A stretch of 63,717 nucleotides of DNA, the filler included, from Octopus bimaculoides (Eukaryota): the NCBI RefSeq assembly GCF_001194135.2. It is 8 parts of 6 records of this genome, joined end to end, with 100 filler letters (N's around TTAATTAATTAA, not from the genome) between each part and the next. Parts side by side here need not be neighbours in the genome. Positions count along the whole stretch, not along the records: positions 17,588 to 33,944 come from NC_068982.1; positions 34,045 to 39,404 come from NC_068985.1; positions 39,505 to 47,721 come from NC_068981.1; 5 more parts are not named here. The stretch is one strand, 5' to 3'. A model generated the notes under the pieces. The model made no database searches and had not been told where the DNA came from. It saw nothing but the letters and a program-made list of their open reading frames with translations. A program made the position numbers and the translations under genes. Shown here piece after piece: positions 27,534 through 39,870 of this stretch; the stretch's first letter is position 1, and each line of letters begins with the position of its first letter.

Positions 27534-28485
27534 CATATCCGTCTTCGAAATCCACACACAAGGTATTGGTTGACTCGAGGCTATAGTAAAAGACACTTAC
27601 CCAAGGTGCCACGCTGTAAGACTGAACCCGGAACCATGTGGCTGGGAAGCAAACTTCTTACCATACAGCCACATATTTGCGTAAGTATTAACTATTCGGC
27701 GGGCGATGAGCTGGCAGAATCGGTACCGCGCCTGATAAATTGCGTAGCAGCATTTCTTCTGGTTTTAGTTTCTGAGTTCAAATGACACCGAGGTCAATTT
27801 TGCCTTTCGTTCTTTTGTGGTCGATAAAATAAGTATCAATTAAGTATTGGGGTTGATGTAATTGACTTGTCCTCCTGTTTATCATGATTTCAAATTCTGG
27901 CACAAGGCCAGTAAGTTCGAGGAGAGAGGTAAGTCGATTCGATCGACCCCAGTACTTATTTTATCGCCCCCGAAAGGATGAAAAGTAAAGTTGGCCTCGG
28001 CAGAATTTGAACTCTGCTCGTACAGACAGACGAAACGTCGCTTAGCATTCAGCCCGTCATGCTAACGATTATTCCAGCTCGCCGCCTTCCTCCTGCCTAT
28101 AATAGAAAGAAAAAAATTATTAACTATCCGGGTAAATTAAGTATATAAATGAAGAATATAAAAAGTTCTCGAGTAGTGATGTAAGTTTTGATGATTCGAA
28201 CCGCCCTTTCACCCAAGGAAAATAAGCCGAGTTTTCTGTCTGTTTTGAAAATCTTTATTAGTTTTTATTTTTATAATCTTTGAGAAAATCACAGGAGACA
28301 CAATTTACTGTCTGTTACTCTCCGATAAATCACTTTTTCCAGGTTTGTTGTCATTTAGTTATATATATATATATATGTACATGTATATACATTTATATAT
28401 ATATATAGGAAACAAAAAATTATAAATCGTACGTGAGGACGTGCACAAGAAATGTATTAGCTTGACGTTCGGTGGCAGAAGAGAG

Positions 28486-28518
28486 TTTGACGTTTCGAGC
28501 ATAGCTCATCGTCGGAAA
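28486..28518 (-). ncRNA. Minimal type I hammerhead-ribozyme-like motif in a short Penelope-type repeat
   Basis: TTT-CCGACGA-T-GAGC tat GCTC-GAAA-CGT-C-AAA gives a 3-bp stem I, a core with U4>C, an extra nucleotide after A9, a 4-bp stem II, palindromic ACGT as stem III and a GUC cleavage triplet. Confidence 0.45.
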
Positions 28519-29454
28519 GGAGAAAGGGAAAAGTTCAAAGATGGAAACGAAATCGCCAACGGCACACTTGTAGTTACAAAGAGAAATACATCTATATGTA
28601 TGCGTGTGTGTATAACAGATAAATACGCGCTTATCAAATACCACACAATATAAATTCTTGCCTCTAAAGGATGTATCATAATTGCCAAATGGCAATTATA
28701 GCCAGCACCACTTGATAAAGGGAGATAATTTCAAGATTTAAGAATTTTTCCAAAGCTCATCTGCTATTAAGGAAAAGGGCAGGGTTTATTGCCTGTAAAT
28801 AAGAGGACAGTCGCTCGCAAAACTAAGCAAAACTAAGCTTAGAAAAATAACTCACAGTGGCCAGTGGCGTGTATTTGAACATCATAGACAAATACGGCCT
28901 CTTCAACGGTAGAGTCCATCATATGCATATATGAAAAAATGCAGGAGAATTTATTTTGAGGTTTGAAAATGCATCTGAATCTCAAAACGTGTCGTCGCTT
29001 TTAAATTTTGTAACAGATTTATTCAAATACCAAACCGGTTTCGACAATTTTTTGCTTATCAACGGCACAAATAAATAAATAAAGGGTTTAAGAGAGTTTA
29101 AAGTTACAAGGGAAAAATCGGAAAAATGTGTTTGAACGATCAAACGTTCAAATGTCCACAGAAATTTCAATGAGTTTCATAGGGATAGATAGCAATATAT
29201 GTGTAAATGTTCGGTGAAGATTATAAAAAAATGTACATTATTGAAAGTTGAGTCATATTGAGCTTTTATAAAAACGCGGGGAAGACAGAGAAAAAAATGG
29301 AGAGAAAGAAAAAGATTATTTTTACAATTTCTGTCGTGGTGCATGTAGTTCTTTTCTCAATTTCGGTTGAAGCGTCCGGGTCTATTCACCTTATTAACTT
29401 GTTAGAGTTCGAAATGGTATAAGTCCAAATATTTTAGTGTTCTTTTATTCTTTT

Positions 29455-29673
29455 ATTCTTTTACTTGTTTCAGTCATTTGACTACGGCCATGCAGGAGCC
29501 ACTGCCTTTAGTAGAACAAATCGACCCCAGGACTTATTCTTTGTAAGCCTCGTACTTATTCTATCGGTCACTTTTGCCGAACCGCTACGTTACGGGGACG
29601 TAAACACACTAACATCGGTTGTCAAGCGATGGTGGAGGACAAACACACACACACACATGCACACACGTGCGCG

Positions 29674-29704
<31 letters not shown>

Positions 29705-29867
29705 CGACGAGCATCTTTCAGTTTCCGTCTACCAAATCCACTCACAAGCTTTTGGTCGGCCCGAGGCTATAGTAGAAGACACTTGCCCAAAGTGCCACGC
29801 AGTGGGACTGAATACAGAACCATGTGGTTGAGAAGCAAGCTTCTTACCACACAGCCACTCCTGCGCC
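29455..29867 (-). mobile_element. SINE family C, full-length
   Basis: Reverse complement of 42984-43413, including the internal microsatellite. CpGs are retained. Confidence 0.85.
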
Positions 29868-29869
29868 TG

Positions 29870-30062
29870 ATATACATGTTTTTATGGTAAAGGGTCTAGT
29901 TTTGATCGGTTGCAATTTTGATGACGTCTTTTTGTTTTTCTCGACCAAAACATCCACGAGAAAAGCAACAAAAAAAGTCATCAAAGTGCCATTACTGACC
30001 GGCAAGTGCGAAATTGGGTTTCAAAGTTTCGTTCCGGAGATTTATCATTGAGGACGCTCATC
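29870..30062 (+). mobile_element. mariner transposase N-terminal (HTH) remnant
   Basis: AITDRQVRNWVSKFRSGDLSL(EDAH) is the typical mariner W..KFRSG..SLED motif. Confidence 0.65.
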
Positions 30063-30748
30063 AGATTTCGACATAAGCCCACAGGTCTGAAATATTTGGA
30101 CATTGCACGAGTGCGTGCAGAACGGTCTGACCGCATCTCGGGCAAGTTGGTCCGGTGTTTCTTGAACCGTGTCTGTAGAGCTTATCCCGAACGGGCAATG
30201 CTTTCCGATAGCACTGCCAGGTCAGGGATCTCTGGAAATTGTCTATAGGTTCCGGCCCGAAAGTGGTCTGAAGAGGTGGGTCAGGTATTCCTCGTCGACG
30301 CTAAGGGTTTCTCCAAAAATGTCGTCGCACTTCACTTCCACTAATCCTCTATAGAACACCTTCGTGGAATTGAAGTCACACAAGTTTGATCCCGGATGGC
30401 AGAGTTGCTCGAGAGCATGGTGACACCCGCGGTGCCATTCGCCCAACCTCGGTCTCTGTTTGATCCTCGATTGCAGTTCGGTCAAAGAGACGAGTTGCGA
30501 GAAAACGCGTCTCACAAACGGCGACCATACTTGTTCACCGCCGTCTATGAAACGCTGGAGATGTCCAGTCTCAGCGCATGTTTGCGCATCATTAATTACG
30601 GCATGCCCAACCCTCTGTTTAGCGGATGTTGGCAGCAAATGGATCGCTTGACCATCGGAATGCTTCCCTTCCTCAAAAAGCAGAAGCGTATACGTTCCAG
30701 TTTTGTGATGGTAGGGTCGGGACAAGGCACGACGGTCAGACGGCTTCT
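30063..30748 (-). mobile_element. Tx1/L1-clade LINE ORF2 fragment (post-RT region and zinc knuckle)
   Basis: GC-rich island. The minus frame reads HLQRFIDGGEQVWSPFVRRVFSQL..FYRGLVE. After one frameshift it continues DNFQRSLTWQCYRKALPVRDKLYRHGSRNTGPTCPRCGQTVLHALVQCPNISDLW, the CX2C..H..C zf-RVT motif of L1/Tx1 ORF2. Confidence 0.8.
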
Positions 30749-31140
30749 CTGTGATAACGCAAGGCCACATCCATCTAGAATCACGCAGGATAAAATATTG
30801 GATTTGAACTGGTTTGCTCTACCCCATCAACCATATTCACCAGACCTTGCACCAAATGATTTCCATCTCTTTCGCTCTCTACAAAATGCTCTGATTGGAA
30901 AAGATTTTTTTCAAGAAGATCAAGTGAAAATGTACAGGGAAAGTTTCTTCATGTCGAAGCCAGTTGGATTTTACTCGAGAGGAATCAAAAAATTACTTGA
31001 TAAATGGCAAGAGGTCATTCAAAATAGTGACAATTATACTGACCATTGAAAACAATGCTTTATACTTTTTTTTGCATGAGCAATAATGAAAAATAATTCA
31101 TGAGTAATAATCGAAAATTATTTATGACTCAGTCCAATAT
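30749..31140 (+). mobile_element. mariner (DD34D) transposase C-terminal half and 3' TIR
   Basis: DNARPHPSRITQDKILDLNWFALPHQPYSPDLAPNDFHLFRSLQNAL, with 34 residues from D to D. TIR-like end TTATTTATGACTCAGTCCAATA. Confidence 0.88.
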
Positions 31141-31616
31141 ATTTATTTATTATAGGCTTACAGCTGTTTCAGATATGCGTTTGGGTGCGTTCATGATTCA
31201 TTCTTATCAATCGATCGATTGGATGATTGAAAATAGAAGGTACTACAAGTCCAAAGCTATCTGCTTCAAAGCCTAATCAAACCATCTGCCAAAGAAAAAG
31301 AAGAAAAGAAAAAAAGAAGGAATTTGGTCAATGTGTCATTTTGACCAAATTCCTTCCTTCCGGACGCAAAATTTGTTCGACAAACCCCCTGAATACGATG
31401 TGAATCAAAATGGCTCTAGTTGTAACCATTTTCACTCTTCTGCTTCGATCGCTCGACTCTTTACAAAAGCATCATCATCACAACATTAACGAACTTCTGT
31501 GAGACCTTGTTCCTCTGTAAGAAATAAGTGGTTCGTTTTCGTTCGTTTGGTTCATATTCATTTTATTTTCTTGACTTATATTTTGTCATTGTTTTATTTG
31601 TCTGGTGAGCCGTATG

Positions 31617-31617
31617 A

Positions 31618-31681
<64 letters not shown>

Positions 31682-31830
31682 TTGCTAATCTGTCTTTCTG
31701 TCAGTCTTTCTGTCTGTTTACCTTTCTGTTTTTTCTGTCTGCCCGCCTGTCCATCTGTTCGTCTGTCTGTCTGTCTGTTTGTCTTTTTTTTTTTTTACCT
31801 GCCTGTCTGTCTGGATGTGTGTCGTCCGTC
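31617..31830. repeat. (TATC)n followed by degenerate (TGTC)n
   Basis: Direct reading. A similar compound tract lies at 33271-33350. Confidence 0.9.
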
Positions 31831-32491
31831 TGTTTGCCTGTTCGTCTGTCTTGTTCATTTATCCTCTCATCTGTCCTTTTGTTAAGTCTGCACGTATTCG
31901 ATAGCTTTTGGGCGTATACTCTTTTTTTTTTTTTTCAATTTGAAATTTGACGACATAAATGGCCTCTTCAGACAGAAAAAAGAAAGAAAAGAGACAGAGA
32001 CAGAGAGAAAGTGAGAGGGAGAGGGAGAGGGAGAGACTGAGAAAGAGTGAGGAAGAAGGAGAATGAAGGAGAAATACAAATTCTCTTTGGATGAATGGAG
32101 TGAGAGGAGAATAACAATAAGAATCAGAATGAACATGAGAATAATAATAATAAGAACAAGAATAAGTCTATAATTTGTCCCTTCTAATCCGACAAAACAC
32201 TTGTTAGAAACTTTAAGACATTCTTTCGCAACGAAAGACTTGCGTACATACGTGCATACGCACACAGTCGCACGCATACTCACACGAGCGTACGCACATG
32301 CACATGCGCACGCGCATAGAGAGCAAGGCAGATAGGCGTACACACACGCTTACATTCTCACATGCATTTACACGTTTAATATTCATACATACACGAGCGT
32401 GTACTCGTGTATGTGTGTATGCCTGTATGTATGTATGTATGTATGTATTTGTTAATCGAAGTGTATGTATGCACACAGACGTGCGCACACA

Positions 32492-32548
<57 letters not shown>

Positions 32549-33270
32549 GCACACGCACACACACAAATATATTCAATATATTACCTGTCTCACTGCTTTT
32601 TATTTCATCGTTAACATGTATGNNNNNNNNNNNNNNNNNNNNNNNNNNNNNNNNNNNNNNNNNNNNNNNNNNNNNNNNNNNNNNNNNNNNNNNNNNNNNN
32701 NNNNNNNNNNNNNNNNNNNNNNNNNNNNNNNNNNNNNNNNNNNNNNNNNNNNNNNNNNNNNNNNNNNNNNNNNNNNNNNNNNNNNNNNNNNNNNNNNNNN
32801 NNNNNNNNNNNNNNNNNNNNNNNNNNNNNNNNNNNNNNNNNNNNNNNNNNNNNNNNNNNNNNNNNNNNNNNNNNNNNNNNNNNNNNNNNNNNNNNNNNNN
32901 NNNNNNNNNNNNNNNNNNNNNNNNNNNNNNNNNNNNNNNNNNNNNNNNNNNNNNNNNNNNNNNNNNNNNNNNNNNNNNNNNNNNNNNNNNNNNNNNNNNN
33001 NNNNNNNNNNNNNNNNNNNNNNNNNNNNNNNNNNNNNNNNNNNNNNNNNNNNNNNNNNNNNNNNNNNNNNNNNNNNNNNNNNNNNNNNNNNNNNNNNNNN
33101 NNNNNNNNNNNNNNNNNNNNNNNNNNNNNNNNNNNNNNNNNNNNNNNNNNNNNNNNNNNNNNNNNNNNNNNNNNNNNNNNNNNNNNNNNNNNNNNNNNNN
33201 NNNNNNNNNNNNNNNNNNNNNNNNNNNNNNNNNNNNNNNNNNNNNNNNNNNNNNNNNNNNNNNNNNNNNN

Positions 33271-33350
<80 letters not shown>

Positions 33351-33354
33351 CCTG

Positions 33355-33391
<37 letters not shown>

Positions 33392-33944
33392 ACAAACACA
33401 TATTTACATACAATCACGACGCGTACGCATACACAGACTCACGCACATACCCATACACACACACACACACACATACTCACACGCACACATATATATTCTA
33501 ATCACTTCTTGAAATGCTCACTGCTTGTGTTGAAGTGGTAGGTGTTAGGTTTGGTGGGATAGGGCAATGAAAGGGCAAGAGATGAATGGATTCAACAGAC
33601 GAGTAGGTCAGCCCACTCTTGCCTTCTTTTTTCTTTCACAAACTATACAATATGTTCATGTGTTCGCTCCTTGTTAAAACTACGGGAACACAAAACCAAG
33701 TTAAAGCTCACGCAGCGCTGACCTCTTGCTTGTAAGTGAAACCAATAGTTTTAATAAAGTTTATTCATTACACGAAACCTTTCGGAATATATAGAATATT
33801 TGTTTACTTTAGCGTCGTATTCGTTCAAATTTTTGTGATATGTGTTCGAATTTTGATATGAATGACTACTACTTTCGTTTATTTTCAAGAATGACATTAG
33901 GAAATTATCTGGAAGCGGTTGCTGCATGAATATATATATATATA

Positions 33945-34044
33945 NNNNNNNNNNNNNNNNNNNNNNNNNNNNNNNNNNNNNNNNNNNNTTAATTAATTAA
34001 NNNNNNNNNNNNNNNNNNNNNNNNNNNNNNNNNNNNNNNNNNNN
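33945..34044. other. Artificial scaffolding linker (N44-TTAATTAATTAA-N44), one of seven
   Basis: An identical 12-mer six-frame stop palindrome is centred in exactly 100 bp at 2518, 13883, 17532, 33989, 39449, 47766 and 53631. Confidence 0.95.
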
Positions 34045-34272
34045 TAAAAGACACTATTTCGAGCGTGGCCGTTTTCGTGCGGGTGACACGTAAAAGCACC
34101 CACTACACTCTCTGAGTGGTTGGCGTTAGGAAGGGCATCCAGCTGTAGAAACTCTGCCAAATCAGACTGGAGCCTGGTGTTGCCATCCGGTTTCACCAGT
34201 CCTCAGTCAAATCGTCCAACCCATGCTAGCATGGAAAGCGGACGTTAAACGATGATGATGATGATGATGATT
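34045..34272 (+). mobile_element. 5'-truncated 3' UTR of the same RTE LINE, (GAT)n tail
   Basis: Near-identical to the terminal 200 bp of 47012-47720. Other copies lie at about 12080-12180, 34620-34775, 40050-40340, 40680-41550(-), 42220-42358(-), 44355-44690(-) and 44740-45075(+). Confidence 0.8.
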
Positions 34273-36905
34273 CCGTTGCTTATAATGACGAGGATTCCAG
34301 TTGATTCAATCAACAGAACAGCTTGCTTGTGAGATTAACGTGCAAGTGACTGAGCACTCTACGGATATGTGTACCCCTTCTCATACTTCTCAGGGAGACT
34401 CTGTGTGACACAAAGTGTGACAAGGCTGGCCCCTGGAAATACAGGTACTACTCATTTTTGCCAGCTGAGGACTGAAGCAATGTGAAATAAAATGTCTTGC
34501 TCAAGGAAACAATGTGCTGCCAGGAATTGAACTCATGACCCTACAATCGCAAGCCAAATTCCCTAACCACTAAGCCATGTGCTATATATATATGGGTACA
34601 TTTGCATGACAGCAGTATATATATAGAGTGGTTGGTATTAGGAAGGGCATCCAGCCATAGAAAACCATGGCAAATCAGACTGGAGCCTGGTGCAGCATTC
34701 CAGCGTGCAAGCTCAGTCAAATTGTCCAACTCATGCCAGCAAGGACAATGGATGTTAAATGATGATGATGATGATAATGTCCTAGTGCTTAAGGCGTTGC
34801 AGTGAAAGATCCATGGGTGTGATTCCAAGACAGGGAAGTGCATTATGTTTTTGAGCAAAACACTTCATCTCACATTGCTCTGCAATCTCTCTGACATATG
34901 CATGGCACACTATGCACCTGTACAGGTAATGTCAGTTTGATGGAGGAAGTGAGCTAATGTAAAACAGCAAACATTTGATCACTATAAACAAATTACCTGT
35001 ACAGGTCATTCAGCAAGGAATTGCAGAACTGGCTTCCTGGACCCGAGAGACAAACAGTGTTTGTGTGTGTGTGTGTGTTGTGTGTGCGTGTGTGCGTGCA
35101 CACGCGTATGTGCATGTGTCTGTCTATCTGTCTCCTTGTCTTGACATTGCAAGACAGTTATAGACAAGCAGAGTCCCTTGTTTCTAGTCTACCATGAAAA
35201 CAAGTTCAGGCATGGGGAAATATTATCTTGCTTGGGAACAGGAAAGGGTTGAGTGACAGGAAGGTATCTGGCCATAGAAAATCTGCCTCAACAAATTCCA
35301 TCTGACCAACATGAGCACAAAGTAGACATTAAATCAATGATGATGACAATGATGATGAATCATCTGCATGCAGCATTTCCTGACAGATACAAAATAAATT
35401 GACCTTCAAGGCCATCAAAGAAGTGAATGACCAGTTTGGCTTTACAAATGTAAATGGCTGAAGAGAATCCATAATTAACAGATTAAAAGATTTTGATTAA
35501 ATATTTAATACTTTGAGGTGTTAAAGTTTAATAAATCTATAAGTATGGTATCAAGTATATGTTGTACTGTAGTGATGATACAGGTATAATCAAATGTACC
35601 TTCAAACTAATTCACTACAATTAAATTTTTGTTGGAGTTGAATCACACAGCATTAAAAACATAATTTAGAGGGAAATTAGTCTAATATTTGTTTTTGTGA
35701 TAATCCAGCTCTTATTAACCTCTCAACTGTGAAGTTATAGTGAGGGCATTCTTTCTACAACACAAAAAAGATAATAGAAATAATGGTCAGAAATAAATAG
35801 TGACAATGCAATATTAGTTTTTATATCAAATATGCATATTTCAATGGTTTTAGACACAGATTAGTGAAATAATTACATCTTTACAGTTATATCTATCTTT
35901 GAACATTAATCTTCTTAAACCCAAGCTCCGTTAAACAAGTCTTAATCCTATAATATCATAGCTTTCTTAGACAATCTGCAATCATTAACCACTAACTAAA
36001 GATATTTTAGTTCAGTTTTCACCTCCTATTCATATTACATCATTGTATTTATTATCTGAGATATTCCTTAAAAATTTGCTCATTCAAAGTTATTGTCTAG
36101 GTGCTGGTGTAGCTGTGTGGTAAGAAATTTGCTTCCCAACCACATGGCTCTAGGTTCATTCCCACTGAGTGGACCTTTGGGCAAGTGTCTTCTACTATAG
36201 CCCTAAGCCAACCAAAGCCTTGTGAGTGGATTTTGAAGATGGAAACTGAAAAAATCTCTTCAGATAAATATGCGTATATGTTTGTCCCACCACAGGCAAA
36301 AGAGAGTAGGAAAACATGTACCAGAGAACCATGTTAAAAGCACTCCTGTCAGCACCATGTTGGTAACGAAAGAGTTAAATCAGTCTTTCAAAACTAAAAC
36401 AAGATATATATAAAATATATTAGATATATAAACATATATATAAAAAAATATTAAAATTGCCATCTGTGTATCATATAAAATGTATACACACTGTTAGAAG
36501 GTATGAAGCTGAGGAATTGTCTGAGATAAAATCTCTTAACAGACTTGTTGCATTAAAATCACAATTTATATAGGACTGAGATGAATATCATCACCACAGT
36601 GGCTCACAAGAACTACAGACACGTTTCATCTTTGTTGAGCTTTCTCAATGCTAAGTACCTGCTTAAATAACACACACACACATACATACACACACACTCA
36701 TACACACACACACACATAGGGGCAGGTGTGACTGTGTGGTAAGAAGCTTGCTTTCCAACCACATGGCTCCAAGTTCAGTCCCACTGCGTAGTACCTTGAG
36801 CAAGTGTCTCTTACTATAGCCTAGGGCAGAAACTGAAAGAAGCTTGTCTCACACATACACACACACATTTCCTCTAATATAATTGGAAACAAATTTGTTA
36901 CTCAC

Positions 36906-37009
36906 CAATTAAAATCATTTGAATCATTCTCAACCACAAGCCAGAAGTACAAGAAGAAAGTCATATAGATGAAAGTAATTAGGAGAATTACTAGTATGAT
37001 TAAGTCTTT
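36906..37009 (-). CDS. GDPD5: Internal coding exon of a GDE2-class glycerophosphodiester phosphodiesterase (GDPD2/4/5 family), first TM helix plus NDxxxFNW motif
   Basis: The 104-bp exon between ..gcag| and |GTGAGT reads KDLIILVILLITFIYMTFFLYFWLVVENDSNDFN(W, split codon). It aligns without gaps to my recollection of vertebrate GDE2 WERLWFLLLTFTFGLTLTWLYFWWEVHNDYDEFNW. A T-rich tract lies beyond the adjacent 28-N gap. The paralog cannot be resolved, so the symbol is family-level. Confidence 0.8.
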
Positions 37010-39125
37010 CTGCNNNNNNNNNNNNNNNNNNNNNNNNNNNNCAACAAAGATAAAATAATAAAACTGTGATTAGTACTTAAATGAATGGGGACAGCACAAG
37101 ATTGAAAGCTGACTGAAAGTTTACTCTTTAGAAATAAAATAATTACAGAAACAATAATATTAAATCAATTATATTAAAATATAAAAAAAGTATCAAAATT
37201 ATAGACAGGAGCCAATAACATGCATAAGATAACTTTCAGATACAATTCTTCTAAACAACAACAACAAATGTAAATCATTTCCGAAGAAAAGAAAATTGAT
37301 TTTATTATATTGATTTATAACAGGCACATGGCTACACATTTTGGAGGGAAGAACAGACCATCATTCCAACCCCAGTGCTTGTATCGAAATTGTTTTTATG
37401 AAATCCTGAATGATGAAAGACCTATCTGCTCTCAGTGAGATTTAGACTCAAAATGTAAAGAAGCATAACTATGTTACTTACATGTGTGTAAATTACACCC
37501 CTAATTTAGTGTCAAACCTTGGTACAAAGGTTGCATAGAGTATTAGTTTAATCTTTACCCCACGTATAAGTAGGACCTCAGTTTTTCTAGTATAAAATAG
37601 TGCAAATTATATATGGGTAAATGCAATAATTACTACATGGCATTTTACTCAGTATTCTATTGATTTTATAATATATTCATTTCTAACATTGACACAAGTC
37701 CTCATATTTTGGAGGAAAGGTTATCATCAATTAAATCAACTGCAGGACTTATCTGCTAGTTTATTTTATAAAACCTGAAAGGAAGAAAGACAAAATTGGC
37801 CTCAGTAAAATTTGAGCACCGGATATAGAGACATACAACTAAATATCACACACATACACACACACACACATTTATATATACATACATATTTAAATATGAA
37901 TAACTGTCTTCTGTGCAAAACAAATTGTATAGTAACATGAGTAATAAAAATCATAATCCATTTTAACATCTATTCTCCTCCATTTACATAAATATGAATG
38001 AATTTGTTGAACTGTGTTTAATAAGTTAAATCATATACTTAATATTTATATATATATATATATATATATATAGATATATATATATATAGTCATCTAAGAA
38101 TACATAAGTCAGAAAAAACAAGCACTCATATCTTAATAGAGTTGGTATATTAATACACTATACAGTATTATAGATTCATTTTCATACCAGCTCTTCTGAT
38201 GAGCAGTCTCTGAGGCTAACATCTTTCAATAATATTGTATAGTATAGATATAAATATATACTGTTATATTAGGGGATGATCTTTTTGCCAATAAATACAC
38301 ATGCTAGTTATTTGATCTTCACTGTAGCTTTATTATTATTATTATTATTAGTTTATTTGTCAGAGTTCTTTCATCACACATTCAGTGACTTCTTCAATGA
38401 CTACATGTTCTACATGTCTCCTCTTCTCTCTGGTCTTGTCCCATTTATCCCATTTTGTCTTTTTGTTATATGTATCCTTATTTGCACATGTATTTGCATC
38501 TGCATCTGTATGTGTGTGTGTGTGCATGTGCATGCATGTGCACACATCTATGTTTGCTGTGCAAATGTGTGTCTTGTGTACATGTATACAGCTTTGTATA
38601 TTACACTGTAACTGTGTCATTGTTTTTCTTATTCTGTCTTCAGTTGTAAGATTGCAGAGTATTGAGGCTCAGTCTATTTTCTATTATGTGTGTGGCCTCT
38701 GTAATCTGCCTGAGTGTTGTGTCTGTTCAATGTGTCAATAAGATCCTAACATCTATGTTATCTATGAAGCCCCATGTTATAGTTTAGCATACTGGTATGG
38801 CACAGACAAGCTTTTCTCTCCTCCTTCAGTTCCTTTCAAGCTTCTATGTGTTTCAACACATGATTCTACATCAAGAATCTAGGATGTGTGTGTGTGTCTC
38901 TCTATTTTTATCTTTTATTTTTTCCTTTTTCCTATCATTAGATTGGGGCCATGCTGGGGAACCATCTTGAAGAATTTTAATCGAATGAATTGACCCCAGT
39001 AATTATTATTTTTTTTTTGTGCGTGATACTTACTCTATCAGTTTCTTTTACTAAACTGCTAAGTCATGAGGGATGTAAAATGCATCAACACTGGCTGTCA
39101 AGCAGTTGTGGAGGATATACACAAA

Positions 39126-39172
<47 letters not shown>

Positions 39173-39359
39173 ACACACAAATACAACAAGCTTCTTTCAG
39201 TTTCTGCCTACCGAATCCATTATCCACTCACAAGGTTTTGATTGGCCCAAGGCTATAATAGAAGACACCTGCCAAATGGGCCACACGATGGGACCTAGAA
39301 CCATGTGGTTGGAAGCAAACCTCTTACCACACGGCTATACCTGCACCTATGTATGTATA

Positions 39360-39404
<45 letters not shown>

Positions 39405-39504
39405 NNNNNNNNNNNNNNNNNNNNNNNNNNNNNNNNNNNNNNNNNNNNTTAATTAATTAANNNNNNNNNNNNNNNNNNNNNNNNNNNNNNNNNNNNNNNN
39501 NNNN

Positions 39505-39870
39505 GCACCCACCCCACTACTAACTTGGTCACCCAGATAGCGGAAGCTATCGACTACCTCTAGTTTTTCACCCTGGAATGAGATAGAAGTTGTTTCCTGT
39601 TTGTTTACAGTCTTTATTGCACCTGAACATCTGCCACAAACAAAAACTAACTTGCTAGTTAACCTGCCTTTGATGTTGCTGCACCTCTTATGTGTCCATA
39701 GCTTGCACCGGGTACATCTTATAGAGTTACTACCTACTCCTTTTCTACATACTGAGCAGGGCCATCTACCTGAAGGGGTTTGTGTTTTATCTACCTTCCT
39801 ACTTATTAGGATTTTGGTTTTAGCTAGGTTGACTCTAAGGCCCTTCAATTCTAGACCTTGCTTCCCAGTC
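39505..39870 (-). mobile_element. RTE-clade LINE reverse transcriptase fragment with in-frame PHD-type (C4HC3) finger
   Basis: KGLRVNLAKTKIL..CSVC-x10-CTRC-x4-HKRC-x14-CGRC..GEKLEVVDSFRYLGDQ. The frame is open and truncated by the linker gap. Confidence 0.85.

Noticed and set aside
30396-31049. 217-aa ORF as a novel gene or domesticated transposase
   Set aside because: The N-terminal half is the antisense of a LINE fragment, and the transposase part lacks the HTH and D1. It is kept only as a structural finding.
35387-35450. Short open frames with possible splice sites on both strands
   Set aside because: Weak donors and no convincing match to GDPD or any other family.
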